Shown piece after piece: positions 40,568 through 55,259 of a stretch of DNA of 64,000 bases. Position numbers and translations under genes: made by a program. The notes below the pieces were generated by a model. It ran no database searches. It was not told the DNA's origin and worked only from the letters and a program-made list of their open reading frames with translations. The first letter of the stretch is position 1; each line of letters opens with the position of its first letter. The DNA is from Lama guanicoe (taxonomy: Eukaryota), in NCBI GenBank assembly GCA_013239625.1, contig MU053594.1:2112127-2176126 (forward strand), written 5' to 3'.

Positions 40568-41054
40568 GATGTTAACAACTCAGAAGTGATTAATTTTGGT
40601 CACAGCCAATTCCTAGCCACCAATTTCCTATAGATTTAGGCAACGGCAAGATTTAAAGTTATATGTGTTTTCTGTATGAACTCAGGATTTGATTACATCG
40701 TTTTATACACATGTGTGTATACATATTTATACACACATTGTTATATATACATATATGTTTATATAACTATATATGTACTTACATACATGTACATATGTTA
40801 ATAATATTTCTCTCTTTTATTGCTGTATAATTTTTAATGTATACCCAATAAATTTGACAGACTGTTAAAAGAAACAGTGTGTCTAGATGAGGTGTTACAA
40901 ACACCCACGCATCATCTTCAATCACAAAGTTATACGGGAAACATATTTGTAAAAAAAGCTGATACTGGCTTCTTGGTACAGCTAATAATTACTCTTATGT
41001 AGCATTTATGTAATGCTGGAGTAGCAAATTACTTCCATTAAAATTATCAGCCCA

Positions 41055-41195
41055 GGGGGAAGGGCACAGCTCAGTGGTAGAGCGCATGCTTAGCAGGCAC
41101 GAAGTCATGGGTTCGATCCCCAGTATCTCTAGTTAAATAAAAAAACAATAATAAATAAGTAAACCTAATTACCGCCCCCACCCCCAAAACAAACA
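41055..41195 (+). mobile_element. tRNA-Ala-derived SINE (vic-1-like)
   Basis: A and B boxes plus AAACCTAATTACC tail motif. 15-bp TSD AAAATTATCAGCCCA (41040-41054) and AAAGTTATCAGTCCA (41196-41210). Confidence 0.92.
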
Positions 41196-41443
41196 AAAGT
41201 TATCAGTCCACCCAAAGAACACTACAGAGCCTACAAAGTCGTCCTGGTCAGAGTAATACATTTGCCACTGACGAAGCCAAAACCACGACTTATTAAACTG
41301 AAGCAAATTAATCAAATTGAAGTGTCTGCCATATTGCAGGTGTACATCTGTTGAATGAATGAATGAATCAATGTACAAACAATGGTTACCTTTATACACA
41401 TCAACTCGACTAAAAAGAAGTAAGCACATTATTTTACCTTAAA

Positions 41444-41466
41444 ACACACACACACACACACACACA
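41444..41466. repeat. (AC)n microsatellite
   Basis: Direct read. Confidence 0.95.
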
Positions 41467-42898
41467 AACTAAAAATGAGCAAGTTTCCCATTAGAACTCA
41501 GTTAAAGCCTATCTAATTCCTACAGACCACTACATTTATAACTCAAATTTAAATTACCTTTAATTTTACTTTACTCTAGGGAATTAAAAACCAATCGTCC
41601 TTGAATATGATATGTGAGATAGTAAGCATTTCAGCAAAGAATATGTAGCTTGAGGCAACTTAACAATATTACAAATCTAACTTGAACTCAGAAGTGCTCC
41701 TAACAAAAGACTTAAAAGACATCCACTGAAAGCAATAAAAATCAATTTCATTTTTATATACAAAATCCAGGGTAAAAATACAACTCTTCCTCTATCCTAC
41801 TGAGACCAGCCATAAAAGTAAACACAAAAATAGATTTCACTTTGGTTTTAGCACTATTGAATACAATCTTTCTTTAAGCTTTTTATTCTTACTCTCACTT
41901 ACTTTATATGATTTTTATGAAAAGTATTTCTCCAATTTTAAACATAAAATAACGGAGGGAAAAATAGCAACGTGGTCATTTCAAAGAATGTATATTTTGA
42001 TATCTCAATTACTGGAGGTCTGAACAGAAAAAAATGGAAGAGGCTGAGAATGGCTATTTAAGAAAATCAACAAAACACTTCTAATATTTTTGGGTGCCTA
42101 GCTTTTACTTTCCCCAAACTAATAATTATGCCAAAGATTTGGTAACTCTACTAGAGCACTATATTATTACAGCTTCTGTAAAGGTGCACAATAAATGTCT
42201 TAAAAATAATAAGCAAGAAGCATTTCTGCTTTTTAGGGAAACGCTATTTTCATAAGAGCTTTGTCTTACTGATTTTCAATACAGGGGTCAAAATTCTTCT
42301 TTCAAGGTCTTAAAGAATAGCAAATGAAACACATAACTACTGGTAATTAAAGCCACATGTTTCTATAAAGGTCAGAGATTTTCTTCTACCTGTTCATAAA
42401 GTTCATACGAGAGAGTTTAACTAAGCCATGAGTTGAAATAGCTGCTCAGAAAAGCCAAAGAAAAGAATAATTGCTAAAGCTAAAATTTAAAATATATCTA
42501 AATTAAAGATACTAAGCAATATTTTAGCTGGTTAGTACATTGACATAAGGCATACACATCTACTAATCTAGTATTTTATGAGGAAAGGACCTACAGAATC
42601 ACAGTCAAGCAGTAAAACTTTCAGGGCAAATGGACTATTTAGAGTTAATGTTGAGTAGGTACTACTGAATTCACATATGCCTTGAGTATGTAATTATCAG
42701 TAAACCACTGAATGATATTTTTCCGCCTCTCTTCATTCCGTAGACCGATTTCTGGATGTGCAAAGATTTATGAGTGCTCCTAGAATAGCCAAAAAAAATT
42801 TTTTTTAAATCAAAGACCTATTCTAGTGAACAGATCTTGTTAGCTATGAAAAAGTGATGCTGAAAAATAATAGCAATGTCTTCCTTCTCTGCACTCTA

Positions 42899-42936
42899 CC
42901 ACCATCACCACCACCACCACCACCACCACCACCACC
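42899..42936. repeat. (CCA)n trinucleotide repeat
   Basis: Direct read; one CAT interruption. Confidence 0.95.
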
Positions 42937-44519
42937 GGTGCCATTACAGACTCTCACAATAGCAAAAGTAGATGTAAGTGTCAGAATAACACCTGTATTG
43001 TCCTTACCAATTATAAAATACTCTCACACACATCGTGTTGCTTAATCCTCATGAATGACTGAATGCCCATTCCTTGTTAGGTTATCTCAACAAGCACGTA
43101 TTATTAGCCCCAAGGAGATGACATAACTTCTTAAGTACATGATAGACTTAGGATAATTACATGGGTCTCCCGGTATCTAGTTAAGTGGCTTTGCCACTAT
43201 GGTACTATAAACTTCAAGGACTACCTTCACTTGGTTACCTGTGGTTATCTTGGTAGACAAGATGTTACCTGATTCGCAGGGAAATTTTTGCTACGTATTT
43301 GCAGTAAGAATATATTATTTTAGAACACAGTGGTCACGAGCTTAAGCGTATAGTATATGATTAACAGATTCAAAGGCAGAATATAGACAGATACACAGAG
43401 TACGTGCAAGGATCAACAAAATACTGTACTCACAGATGGAGAGACAAATGCACAGGAAAAAAATGAAACTGTGTGACACTCCCCTACCCAGCTGCAGTGC
43501 TGAATTATAATAGGCAGGCTACATAACATATCAATTATAAAATATGTGTAGCCTGACAGAATTTAGGAAGGCGTAAAAAGTATATATTTTGCTGACTAAC
43601 AATTCAAGAATGCAAACAGTGACTGGGAGACCATAACTGGTAAACAAGACATACATTCCAGCAATGGAATACACACTTGTCACAGCCTTCTATCTAGCTG
43701 GGCCTTGTCCAAAAGATCTACACTCTAAAATGTCTTCTGAACTTAACTGCAGAGCTGTCTCATATTTTTCCGAACAGAAATATACTTATTTTTTTCCAAC
43801 AGTAAAAGCTGTGCATACTCATTGGGAAAAAAACTTCAAACACAGAAATACGCAAAGTACGAATGAAAGCCCCCATAATCTTACTCCCGACATAGCACTG
43901 TACAGCTCAATTCAAATTTTCTAAACTTTGCTTTATGTCTATAAAAAATACATACATATATAATAAAGTATACACATTATATGTGTAAATGTATTTGTTA
44001 CATAAATATTTCATATCAGTATGAACTGCACATTATATAAGCTGCTTTAAACAGTAAACAGCATTAATTAGTAATATATCTGAAAACCTGAAGCAAGCAT
44101 GCTATACATACTGTTCTGTAATTCATTTTTTTTAATCTCTTAACAATTTATCTCTTAACTTTACAGATTCCCTAATTCCAAGGGTAATCCTTTCGTAAGC
44201 CACATTTGAATCAGAAAGAGAAATTAATTCACTACATGATACAAATAGAATAAACTATTTTTAATACTCTAGGCTTATTTTCACCTATGAATCCTAAAGA
44301 AAGTAAAATAAAAATGCTTCATTACACAAAAGGAGTATTCTGACTAACTGTATCTAACACATAGCTTTAACTACATCTGATATAAATCTAGTATTCAAAG
44401 AAAAAGTCCGACTGATGAAGATTCAATTTATCGTGTCTAGAAAGCAAACTGCAACAAAAGCTTGCATGTTTAACTAAGCAGTGTCATTTGCAGTCATTTA
44501 TCTTAAATAATTAGGAATT

Positions 44520-45720
44520 TATTCAAAGATTTAGTTTCAAGTACGTTCACAGTAATGCTTTTTATAGTAGTGAAAAAAAATAAATACCTACCCACAAAGA
44601 ACTAGATAAATACATCATGTTTAATTGTCAGACTACTACAGAGTGATTTAAAATAATTTTACAGGAATATATTTATTGACTTGAAAATATTTTCACAAGA
44701 CATTAGAGGGGTACATAAGTATACCTGTATTTCTTAGAAAGTTAAACATACACCTATCATATGATCTAGCCATTCCATTCCTTTAACCAAGAGAAAAGTA
44801 AGCATGTATCTATACACAGATTTGTACGTGGATGTTTACAGCAATCTCAGTGGTAATGGTCAGAATTTGGAAACAAACCAAATATCTATCAACAGGTGAA
44901 TGGATGAACACACTGTGGTATATATCCAGCCAAGGGAATACAAATCAGCCTTAAGAGGAATGAACTACTGATACATTCAACACCATGGATGAGTCTCAAT
45001 ACAATTACGGTGAGTGAAAGAAGCCAGACAAAAATCAGAGAGTGTGTGTGTGTATCTATATATATGCAATTTATGTGCATATGCAATTCCAGAAGCTAAT
45101 CTACAGCGACAGAAACCAAGGCAGTGGTTGCTGGGGGTAGGGGCTTAGGAGGAGGAACGGGTAGGAGGGAAGGTTTACAAAGGGATAAGAGGAAACTTTG
45201 CGGGAAGGTGGGCCCATTCATTATTCTGATTGTGGTGATGGTTTCATGACTTAATATACATGCCCCAATTTTTCTGGTTGGGTAGTTAAAGTGTACGATT
45301 CATTGCATGTCAACTGCACCGCAACACAGCTGTCAAATAACACACACACACACGCAGATTATACTCATGCTATCATTTCACTGCTTTGTTTGAAATATAA
45401 GAGACAAATGGTGAAGTGCTTAAACTGTAAAGCATGCAGTCTAATGAATTACTAAAAACATCTATAAAAGCACCATGTAACAACATGGATGAAGCTCATA
45501 GACATAAGGTTTAATGAAAGAAGCGGGCATAATAGAGCATTACGCCATTTATCAGAAATTCAAAAACAGGTAAAACTTATCTATGGTGAGCGAGATCAGG
45601 CTAATGGTTGCACTTGCGGGGATGCTGACTGGGAGGGAACACAAGGGAGCCTTCTAGGGTGATGGAGATGTTCTATGTCTTGTCCTAGGAGACGGTTACC
45701 TAAGAGGTGGATATGTAGCA
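44520..45720 (+). mobile_element. Nested old L1 3' fragments (L1MB/ME-like)
   Basis: TTAGAAAGTTAAACATACACCTATCATATGATCTAGCCATTCCA...GAACTACTGATACAT.CAAC...GTGAAAGAAGCCAGACA...GATTGTGGTGATGGTTTCA. Confidence 0.75.
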
Positions 45721-46149
45721 GAGTTTTTCTCATTCCAAGCAAATGTGAATTTTCCAAAATCGACGATACTACTACTGCTTTCAACCACAGAAGTCCTGGG
45801 AACAATCACCTAGAAAATGGGACATAAGCTACGTGGCTTATATGTTAGGGAAAGTGCTTCCCTTTTTCTCAATTCCATGTGGGAAAAAAGGATTTTTCTC
45901 CATTTGTCACCGTGGCAAGACGTTAAATACACTGTCTTACGATAATGTCAATTGGTGTTTTGTTTCGGGTTCTCAAGATACTGCCTACTTCTCGTGAATC
46001 AATAAAATCAGTATTCAAAAATTATTGGTCTATTATCAAAAAGTTGTTGCTATTGAAAAATAAAACCTATTCATATGTTTGTAATGACCGTTTGACTGTT
46101 CTAGGTTTTAAAACGTAATGTACCTTAAAAGCAAAACAAGCCCTACCTC

Positions 46150-46990
46150 GTCCACTCAACTACTGAGCGGCTAGTATGTGCCAGAAACCACTAGGTGCTG
46201 AGGAGACAGAAAATGAAGAGATACGAATTCCGCTCTCTAGAAAGTCACAGTGGAGCAGGAAAAAGATACACAAATTGATAATGGTACTTTACAACAAACC
46301 AACCGACCCATGAAAATGTGACTGAATTAGTTTTAGATTAAACTGGCAACTGCGCATAGGATAAATCGGTAAGGGAATTACTAGAGGCAAGAGAGCACGT
46401 GGGATGCTCATCATGAGCTGGAGGTGAATTGATGAGACTAAATTAGGGTTAAGGCAATAGAAATATAAACAGCAGAAATGAGAAATGCTTTAAAGAAAAC
46501 ATGGCGTAAGTCTAGGTAACTAAGCAGATATTAACAAAAAGAGGAAGGGTGAGTCAGATAAGAGCGATCAAGCCAGTGACAGAATTTTGAACATGGGAAG
46601 AGCTTATTTAGAAGAGAAGGTAATGTGCTCAGTTTTGTAATTTATTCTCCAGATATCAAGGCAGAAAGTAAGGATCTGGACGGAAGGTTAATGTAAAGGC
46701 TCAGGTCAAAGATTTGAGAATCCTCTTCCTAGAGGCACTGAAGCCTTCAGAATAGAGGAGCTCACGGCGAGAGAACGAATAGAATTCCTTTTCTGAGGGG
46801 AGGAAGATGAGACAAGTAGACAAGTCTTAAGCAGGATAAGAAACCTGTCACAGAAAAGAATTTCCCAGAAAAAGAGAGTGCTTTGCTAAGTGCCAAGTTG
46901 CTGCAGTGAGGACAAAGAACGAGGACCAAAAAGGAGCAAGAAGACTTGCCCATTAGGTTGGTCACTGGAAAACCTTACGAGATGCGACAT
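46150..46990 (-). mobile_element. L2 relic
   Basis: TACTGAGCGGCTAGTATGTGCCAG...CTAGGTGCTGAGGAGACA and degenerate purine-rich L2 body. Confidence 0.5.
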
Positions 46991-47369
46991 CTTCACTGAG
47001 TTTGTAACTCCTCGCCCTGCAAATATTATCTTTGCTTGCTATGATTGTTTATTTTTTCCCTGACTTTCTATAGAACTCTTCTTGTACTTCCTAATAGCAT
47101 TTATCAGATACCATATTATAGCATAGTTGTATCTGTAATTCTCCCTCCCACTCAAATATCTAGATAAGAAACCTTGTAATTATTTCTTGAATTAAGATAA
47201 ACGGCCCACAATGGGATAAAGAAGCAAAGAGAAAAATGTTATACTACTTAATGTTTACTTTGCCAATAGTAAAGCTAGATACCTATTTTTTAAAAACCCT
47301 GATAATTAATGAAAAGCAAATCTATCTTAAAATGATTGAACATAGAGTTAAAAGAGATTATTCTGCCTG

Positions 47370-50300
47370 TTTCAAGATGGCAGACTGAGAACTAGCCAGT
47401 TTCCACCTCCTACATTAAATCCTGGAAATGACAGATATTAATCAGTGGTCACATGAGAATAAAAGGAATTGAAGAGGTAGAAAATAGACTATTCTGTGAT
47501 CTACAACAGACTAAATCAAACTAAGAGGAAAATCAAGGGTAAGATGAACATAGATCTCTAGAAGTAATACAGACACACACAAAAATGGCCACAGAACCCC
47601 CTGGGTTCCATGCCCAAAGGTGGAATTCAGGAACAGAAAAGGCCAAGGAGTAATCAACAGCATTAACAGCTGGAATACCATAGTGGTACAGCCAAGTCAA
47701 ATCAGCCTGTATTCATACTGTGCACAACACCCCTGGCAGTGACAACAGGTATATGGCCCCATAAAGGGGTAACATGTCTAAGATCTTACAGAGACAGGCA
47801 GTGTCCTGGGTGGCTGATGACACTAGAAAGAAAAGGAAGCATTTGTTCCCAGTAGATCAGCCACCAGGATGTTTAGCCCGGAAATATTTCTACTTGCTCC
47901 TTTACTCTCACTGAGAATTAAGTGAGAGCTCCAACATCAAGTCTTAGCTCTCTTCCCAGGCAAGCTGCATAAATAGAGGCAGGAGAGAGTCTAACAAGGA
48001 ATTTCAATTATAAAAATGTATATGCAATCAATGAATGAGCAAATGCACAAGGAATGACAATCCTATTTAAGATGGAAAACAAGCTCAACAAATGAAGAAC
48101 ACACCTAGAAAAAGAGTGAAAAATACAATTGGAATAGGATTTTAAAATAAGTATGTTACGGAAACAAACTAAATGTCCACTGACAGATGCCTGGATAAAG
48201 AAGGTATGGTGTATTTATACAATGGAATACTATTCAGCCATAAAAAAGAATGAAATACTGCCATTTGCAGCAACACAGATGGACCTGGAGATCATCATAC
48301 TAAGTGAAGTAAGCTGAAAAGAGAAAGAAAATTACCATATGACATCACCTATACGTGGAATCTTAAAAAAAAATGACACAAAGGAACTGTTTACAAAACA
48401 AAAACAGATTCACAGACATAGAAAACAAACTTATGGTTACCGGGAGGAAATGGGATGGGGAAGATAAATTGGGAGTTTGGGATTTGCAGATACTAACTAC
48501 TATATATAAAGTAGATAAACAACAAATTTCTACTGTATAGCACAGGGAACTATATTCAGTATCTTGTAGTAACCTTGAATGGAAAAGAATATGAAAAAGA
48601 ATGTATGTATGTACATGTACGACTGAAACATTACGCTGTACGCCAGAAACTGACACAATATTGCAAGTTGACTATATCTCAGTAAAATAAAATAAAATAA
48701 GAGCTGACTTCCGCTTCTAGCCATAATGTAGTAACAGAAACCAGATATACCCTTCATTTAAAACAACTAGAAAACTGGCCAAAATATATAAAACAACTGT
48801 GTCCTGAAATGACAATAGGCAACATAGGTGTGTGATCCCTAAGAGAGGGGAAACAAACAAGGAGAGGCCTATGGTCGCCTTACACTGTGTCTGGAGGCAC
48901 ATTTGGAACTCCACAGCAGGGACAGAATTCCCAAACAGAGCATGGCTCTTATTGAGTAGATAAGACAGAATTTTGAATTCAAGAAATCGCAGGTTTCTGG
49001 AAGATGTGGGGCAAAGTTCTGGAGAGGAGGGAGCCATGCAGGGAAAAAAAAAAAAAGATCACAAATCTGCAGAGGGGTGCCATTAAGTTGTTGCTAAATT
49101 CTAGGAGATGTGTAGACAGGAGAAATTCTACAAGGCTGGGCAAGGAATGACTGGGGTGAGGCAGGCTGAAGAGTCTCCAGAGCTCACAGGGCTGAGAATC
49201 GTTCAAACTTCCACCAGCCACAGGGGAGAGTCCTCGCTGATCATTCAAGGCATCCAAGTAGAGACCTTCATGGTGAGGCTAAGTCGGATCTAGCATAAAG
49301 GTCACACTATCACCCCCACCCCCAACAAAACTCGAAAGAGTCAAAGAGAACTGTAAGTAACTTAACTGACTATCAAGTCTCAACGCTCTTTTTAAAAAGA
49401 CAGTAAAATCAGAGACTTGACAATATAAAGTTCACAATGTCTGGCATCCAATAAAAAAAATTAGACATAATAAAGAGCAGAAAAATGTAACCTACTGCCA
49501 GGAGAAAACCGGACAATAGAACCAGACCCAGAAATGATACAAATGATGGAATTATTAGAAACCAACATTAAAAGAGTTATTTCAATTATGTTTAAATATT
49601 TTCTTAGAACCGAATTATACGAGTATTTAAAAGAAAACATAGTGATAAGGAAAAAAGGAACACCTAGAGATAAATATATATGTTTAGTATCTTCCAGAAA
49701 TAAACAAGAAATCACATCTAAGAAAACATAACAGGAAATGGGAAAAAGAACCAACTAGAGAACTTGGAAACAAAAAAAATCTAACTGTTGAAATACAAAC
49801 CTCAACTGACTTAAGAAACCTGAAGTCTCAACAATGGAAAATGCCTTGAATCAACATAACTGACCCAGAAGAATTCCCCCCAAACTTAGGAACTGATGGC
49901 ACAAGGAACTCTGAAAGTCGGTGTGAGTGAAGCTATAAAGGGAGATCAACTGAAGATGTTTTAAGAAGCAATTCAATCCCCAGACCTCATCTCTCATTCT
50001 GTGTAATTGGTACCTGCCCTGACTTCTACTCCAGTAGAAATCCAGAAGCTTCGTCTCTTGAGAGACTAAAACAGAGGGTTTCTAATCTCAAGGACCCCAG
50101 GCACAGGTGGGGACAGGGAAACCCCACTGAAAACAGAGGGCTTGAGTCTTCCTTACCTGTGAGGGAACCAGGCTTTTACCTTCTGGGTGAAGCCTGGAAG
50201 GATCTTCTGGGATTCTATCAACTCAAGAGTAAAGATACAAATGCTGCGTATCTCCAGCAAAAGAACACAGTCAGATCAGTCTTACAGTAAAACTCACAGC

Positions 50301-51170
50301 TGACAAACCCCATTCACTGGCTTGGTTTCCAGTCAGCTTAGTTCCTCATTCTTGCCAGCAATTGTCAACTAAATATGCCTAGTAATCATCTAAAAAAAAA
50401 TCCTAACATAAAATATATAGACCATAACATACACACCAACAACAAAAAAATCAACTCGGAGGAAAAAAAGAGAAGAAACTATAACGAAATTATTGTTGTT
50501 CTCAGAGAGCTAAGACATTGTAAAAACATCAAATAAGAAATGGGTGTTATTTTTAAAAGGAACCATCAGGGAGAAAAAAAACCTTACAGATATTAATAGT
50601 ATGAGAGCAAAAGAAGAGTTGGAAGAAAAAGATGATAAAATTCCCCAGAAAACAGAGCAAAAGACAAAGACATGGAAAATAGGAGAATAAAAAAGAAAAG
50701 AAAATTAAAGGGTCAGTCCAGGATGGTCAATATCTGAATAGGCATTCGTGAAAAAGAAGAAAGAAAATTAGGGGAGGAACCATCAACTGAGTAATTTAAG
50801 GCAATTTCTTAGAACCAAAGTGTATGAGTTTCGGGATTAAAAGAGCTCACCAATAATGAAGCGAGACAGATCCACACCAAGGCACATCACTGAAATTTCA
50901 GAACACTGGGGTCAAAGAGAAGATCTTACAACCTCACAGACAGAAAACAGTAATTCACCGCAAAGACCCAGGAATCGGATCACTCTAAGCTTTTCAAAAG
51001 CAATCCTGGAAACTACAAGACAAGTGACCAATGTCCTCATTATTCTGAAGGGAAAGTATTTTCAATTAAAATTCTATTACAAGACAAACTATCAAATATT
51101 ATGGGTGACATGCAAGATCTCAAGACATGCTAAGGATTCAAAAAATTTACTCCTATACATCCCTTTTTCA
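47370..51170 (+). mobile_element. Complex of old L1/HAL1 5' ends and ORF1 relics; hosts the younger L1 at 48160-48700
   Basis: CAAGATGGCAGACTG start at ~47373. L1ME/MD-type 5' end ACTTCCGCTTCTAGCCATAATGTAGTAACAG at ~48707. ORF 50856-51257 has degenerate L1 ORF1 motifs (STPRHI; FSKAILETTRQVTNVLIILKGKYFQ). Confidence 0.7.
48160..48700 (+). mobile_element. 5'-truncated L1 (ORF2 C-terminus plus 3'UTR), artiodactyl-type
   Basis: Colinear with 18913-19437; ends in (TAAAA)n tail. Confidence 0.9.
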
Positions 51171-54100
51171 GGTTTCTGCTCAACTATGTATCAGAAGAGA
51201 CCACCTTTTAGTAAAGAACAATTTTCACCCCCATCCTGGTTTTCCTGTCCTCCTTAGCGTCTCTGAAACACTGATATAGTACATTTTCTTTTATTTCTCC
51301 CAACCGGAAACACTCTTACTAAAACGTAAGCTCCAAGGACTACATGTTCACTGACATGCTCTAGGCACCTAGAACCATGTCTCATATATGCCAGACCCTC
51401 TCTAAACAAAGTATTGCTCTGACAGAAATAAAAAAAAATAATTTTACAGAAGAAGAGACAGTGGAGCAATAGCAAAATCAGACTATCTATTTATATGGAG
51501 ATAAAATGCAGGCATTTGTCAGAAATCTGAAGTCTCAGTGGTCTCTTTCAGAGACCTGTTTCTGAAAGCAGAAAGAATATTCTCTGAAAAAGGGAAGAAA
51601 AGATCGCTCCCCACGTGGACTACGGTTTCCCCATTTATTCTAAGTAGGAAATCTACCACCCTCCGACCACCTTAATTAGCAGATAAAACTTACCTCTGGT
51701 TCTCCCCTTTCACAAACAAAGAAATAGCTTTCTCTGAATTAATTCAATCTTATTGACATTCCTTAATACAATGATTCACTTAATAGAAATTCATGCTGAA
51801 AGAAACAGAGAACACAGACTGCCAAAAGCCTCACATTAACAGAACTTGACTGGGTATGGTTATGGCCAAGATCCCAGGAGCGGCGGCTTTTCTCTCTCCC
51901 TTCCCTGCAGCTGCAGCTGCCAGACATGGGAGAAGCTCACTGCTCACAGCACAGAATGTCAGCTTCGAACCGTAACTACAGGCAAGCTGCCAACAATCAG
52001 CAGGAGATAGCTGAAACTAATAGAGAAGCTAACAGGAAAACTGGACTGCTTTTCAGAAACTTGTCTACTCAATTAAGGCCTGTTACATTTTTATTTCCAA
52101 ACATATGATGCTTAAAAACAATTCCTTTAATCAGCTCTGACAAATCCATTTCATTCATCAGATGTTCAGAAAACTCTTGTTTCCTGAGATTTACAGGCAC
52201 CAGCTTTTTAGACCTGGAAAACAGACTGTGAACTCTTCCAGCGCCCTGGTCAAGTCACTCATTTCTTCTTTTCTTTTCAGTCCCCCGTATGAGTCATAGT
52301 AACAGCACAAAGTACTTAATAAACTCACACAAGCCCATCATTACGAGAAGACACTGAGGTTCCGAAGTGTTGTGTGGCCTGGCCCAGGATGTTTAAATTA
52401 GAAGTTAGATCTAGGACTGGCACACAGACGTCACTCTGGACTTTTCTTTTAATGTCTGACACAATTTAAACAAAGAGGAGACCGACAGCAGTTTTCTAAA
52501 TCATGAATCATGAATCAAGCTGGCTCTTTCATGTAATTACCAGTCTCTCTAAAAGTTAAATAGAAAGATTTACAAATAATCCAATTAGATCTGACCTCTT
52601 CAAAGTTACACACATCTAATAAAAATTCAAAGGGAAAGAGCTTAAATTTTATATCCAAGGACAGGTGAATTTTATCTGCATGAAGTCAACACTTGCATAT
52701 CCCTTCTAAAGTATACATCGATTTAGTATCTTTCTACATTGACATCTACCATCCTTAGGTGCGTGAAAGCACCATTTGCCTATGTATCTGCACAGCAGAT
52801 TATGTTCAGTTAATTAAGCTTATAAAACATGTGATGGGGATGTGATTGGAAAGACAGTGATACAGGGGCCACATCATTACACTGATTTCACACCAACTTT
52901 TGATTTTAACGGAAGGCAACGGGGAACAGCAGAAGTGTTTTAAGCAGAAAGCCGACAAGGATCAGAGCTGCATTTTAGAAAGATCACTTTGACAGCAACA
53001 TGTAAGATGGATTAGAAGAGGGACAAATCTGGAGGCAAACAGACCGTAGGCTGCCGAAGTAATTTAAGTGAGAAATGATGAAGGTCAAAAGTAAAGCACG
53101 GATGGAAGCAGTTGGAGAAGTGAGGACAGATTTAAGAACTACTGCTCCTGGACCTTGGCTAATTAAAAAACCCATAGAATTAAAAACTTTAGAGTCATAC
53201 TGGTGTTATAAAGTGAGTAAAACCTTCAAAGTTTATTTAAACTCATAATAAAAGGCAAATGAACAACTTTTCTAACATTACCTTCATGATGCTAAGATAG
53301 TAACCAAACGTCACAAAAGTTAGCCCTTAGGTTCTCTGAGTAACCAAGTACCTAAAGGCATTTTAGCTAAAACAAAGCCCTTTTTCAATCACCACAGCCA
53401 GCATCCTAACACAATACCACTGAAAGGGAAAGACAGGAAATGAATCAATAATCCTCAGGCACATGCTTGGCCTGGAAAGACACAGCGTATCAAGGAGCAG
53501 AAATCTGAAAACAAAGGCCCCGGGTAATTTCATTACGAGGCCGGAACCTGCTGGCTGCCAGTTTAGTTGTCTGAACTGCGCCCAAACTGTCTGACAAGGT
53601 GACCACCCTAAGACTTTTGTACCATTTTCTGTGTGTGACCACATGGACAAATAGGAGAAATAGTTCTGAAGAATGTAGGAATCTCAAGTAACTTTCATTA
53701 ATCACACCTATGATTCCAAAGGAAAAATTTCAAAGAGTCAGAACTTTATATTTATGAATAACCCAAGGCTCTTGTCAGCAAATTCAGTTGCCATCACATG
53801 CACCATGCTGCTCGATCGAGAAAATAACACCCTTCAGAGAAGAACACCGAGTGCTATGTAAGAATCAGCAAACAAAAATCACACACATTAAATTTATATG
53901 CTCTTATTTATCATTATAGTCCCAGAAGGTTACTTCAGGGAGGTGTGGGAGCTGGAAGAAAGAACATAAGTGCAGGGTGGTAACCACTAGTAAATACTCC
54001 AGTTCTGCTCAGTACACTAGAGGAAGCCAATTTTCTCCCCAATTCAGTTAGTATCTCCTCATTCATGTTTATCTCCTGAAGAGTAATCCAACAGAAAACT

Positions 54101-54984
54101 CCTTTCACAAACTGAACAAAGTAGCTTCAGACTGACCACTTAAACTGGCAGTGTTCTCCTGTTGGCTTCACCAAGTAAATAAGGTACATAAGGCCAAAGC
54201 AGACCATGACAGCATTCATCCAACAGGTGTCTGTAAAATGCTGTGTTTTGTGCTAAGTCCTCAGCAGAAGCTGACAATCTAGCAGAGATAAAAAGATACA
54301 CAGGAAGACTTTGAATAACAACGAAAGGGAGTATGTAGACAAATTCTCAAGTGAATGGTGCAGGAAAGAGAACTTCCATGCTCTCAAGAGAAGAAATCAA
54401 GGTGGGCAGAATTAATTGACAAAAATCTTACTGCAGAGATGGAACTTCAGCCAGGCCTTTAAAAAGGGAAGACTTGACTATGCAGGGCGTTCCGGGGCTC
54501 GGGATCGACTGGAGCTCAGACATGGAATCAGAAATTCACACATTCTGTTTTGGAATTAATACGAAGATCACCCTAGTTATGGGTTTTGTGGTCATTAGAT
54601 TAGATTTGATCGTTAGATGTGGTCAGAAATCCACTAGCCAGTTTCCAAAGTACTGAAGATAGGGGCTCAAACGCTTCCCACTTCATTAAAAATAAGGAGG
54701 GAATAAATACGAGACCAAAGAGACACAGGAAGCTATATCAAGAAGAGCTATGCAGACCAGAGTGGGCAAAACTTTTACGTGCTTTGTCTGTTTCTAGTTT
54801 CAATGATAACTTAAGTAATTGGGATTAAATTAATTCTATCCTTCAAGATTTAACTAATTGACACACTTAAGGGGAAGGGGGGAGGGGAAGAATCCTTCAG
54901 GCAGAAGAAACAGTAATGTGTGAAGTCGGGACAGAAGCTTGTCAAGGTCAAGCAACTCTAAGAAGGCATAGAACGAGCTGGTAC

Positions 54985-55215
54985 AGCAGAGTCTTTAAAA
55001 GCTCAGGCTCTGAAGTCAGACCACGGCTTCAAGTCCTGGTCACGTTGCTTATCTGCTTACGTGCTCTGTGACTTGGGGAAATGTTTGACCTGTTCCTCAG
55101 TTTCTTCTACTGTAAAATGGGGATATTAATAGCCCCTGTCTTATAAGGTTTTTGAGAGGATGAAGTGACACAGTGGATGTACAGGACATGGCACAATGCC
55201 TAGCACATGCATGTG
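54985..55215 (+). mobile_element. MIR
   Basis: GGCTCTGAAGTCAGAC...TGTGACTTGGGGAA...CCTCAGTTTCTTCTACTGTAAAATGGGGATA...CAATGCCTAGCACA. Confidence 0.75.
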
Positions 55216-55259
55216 TTCAAGAAACGATCATCTTTGTTGCTAAGGTTTTTAAAGCTCGG

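Noticed and set aside
42854..43045. Polyproline ORF
   Set aside because: Translation of a (CCA)n microsatellite.
50856..51257. 133-aa ORF as a protein-coding gene
   Set aside because: Frameshifted L1/HAL1 ORF1 relic.
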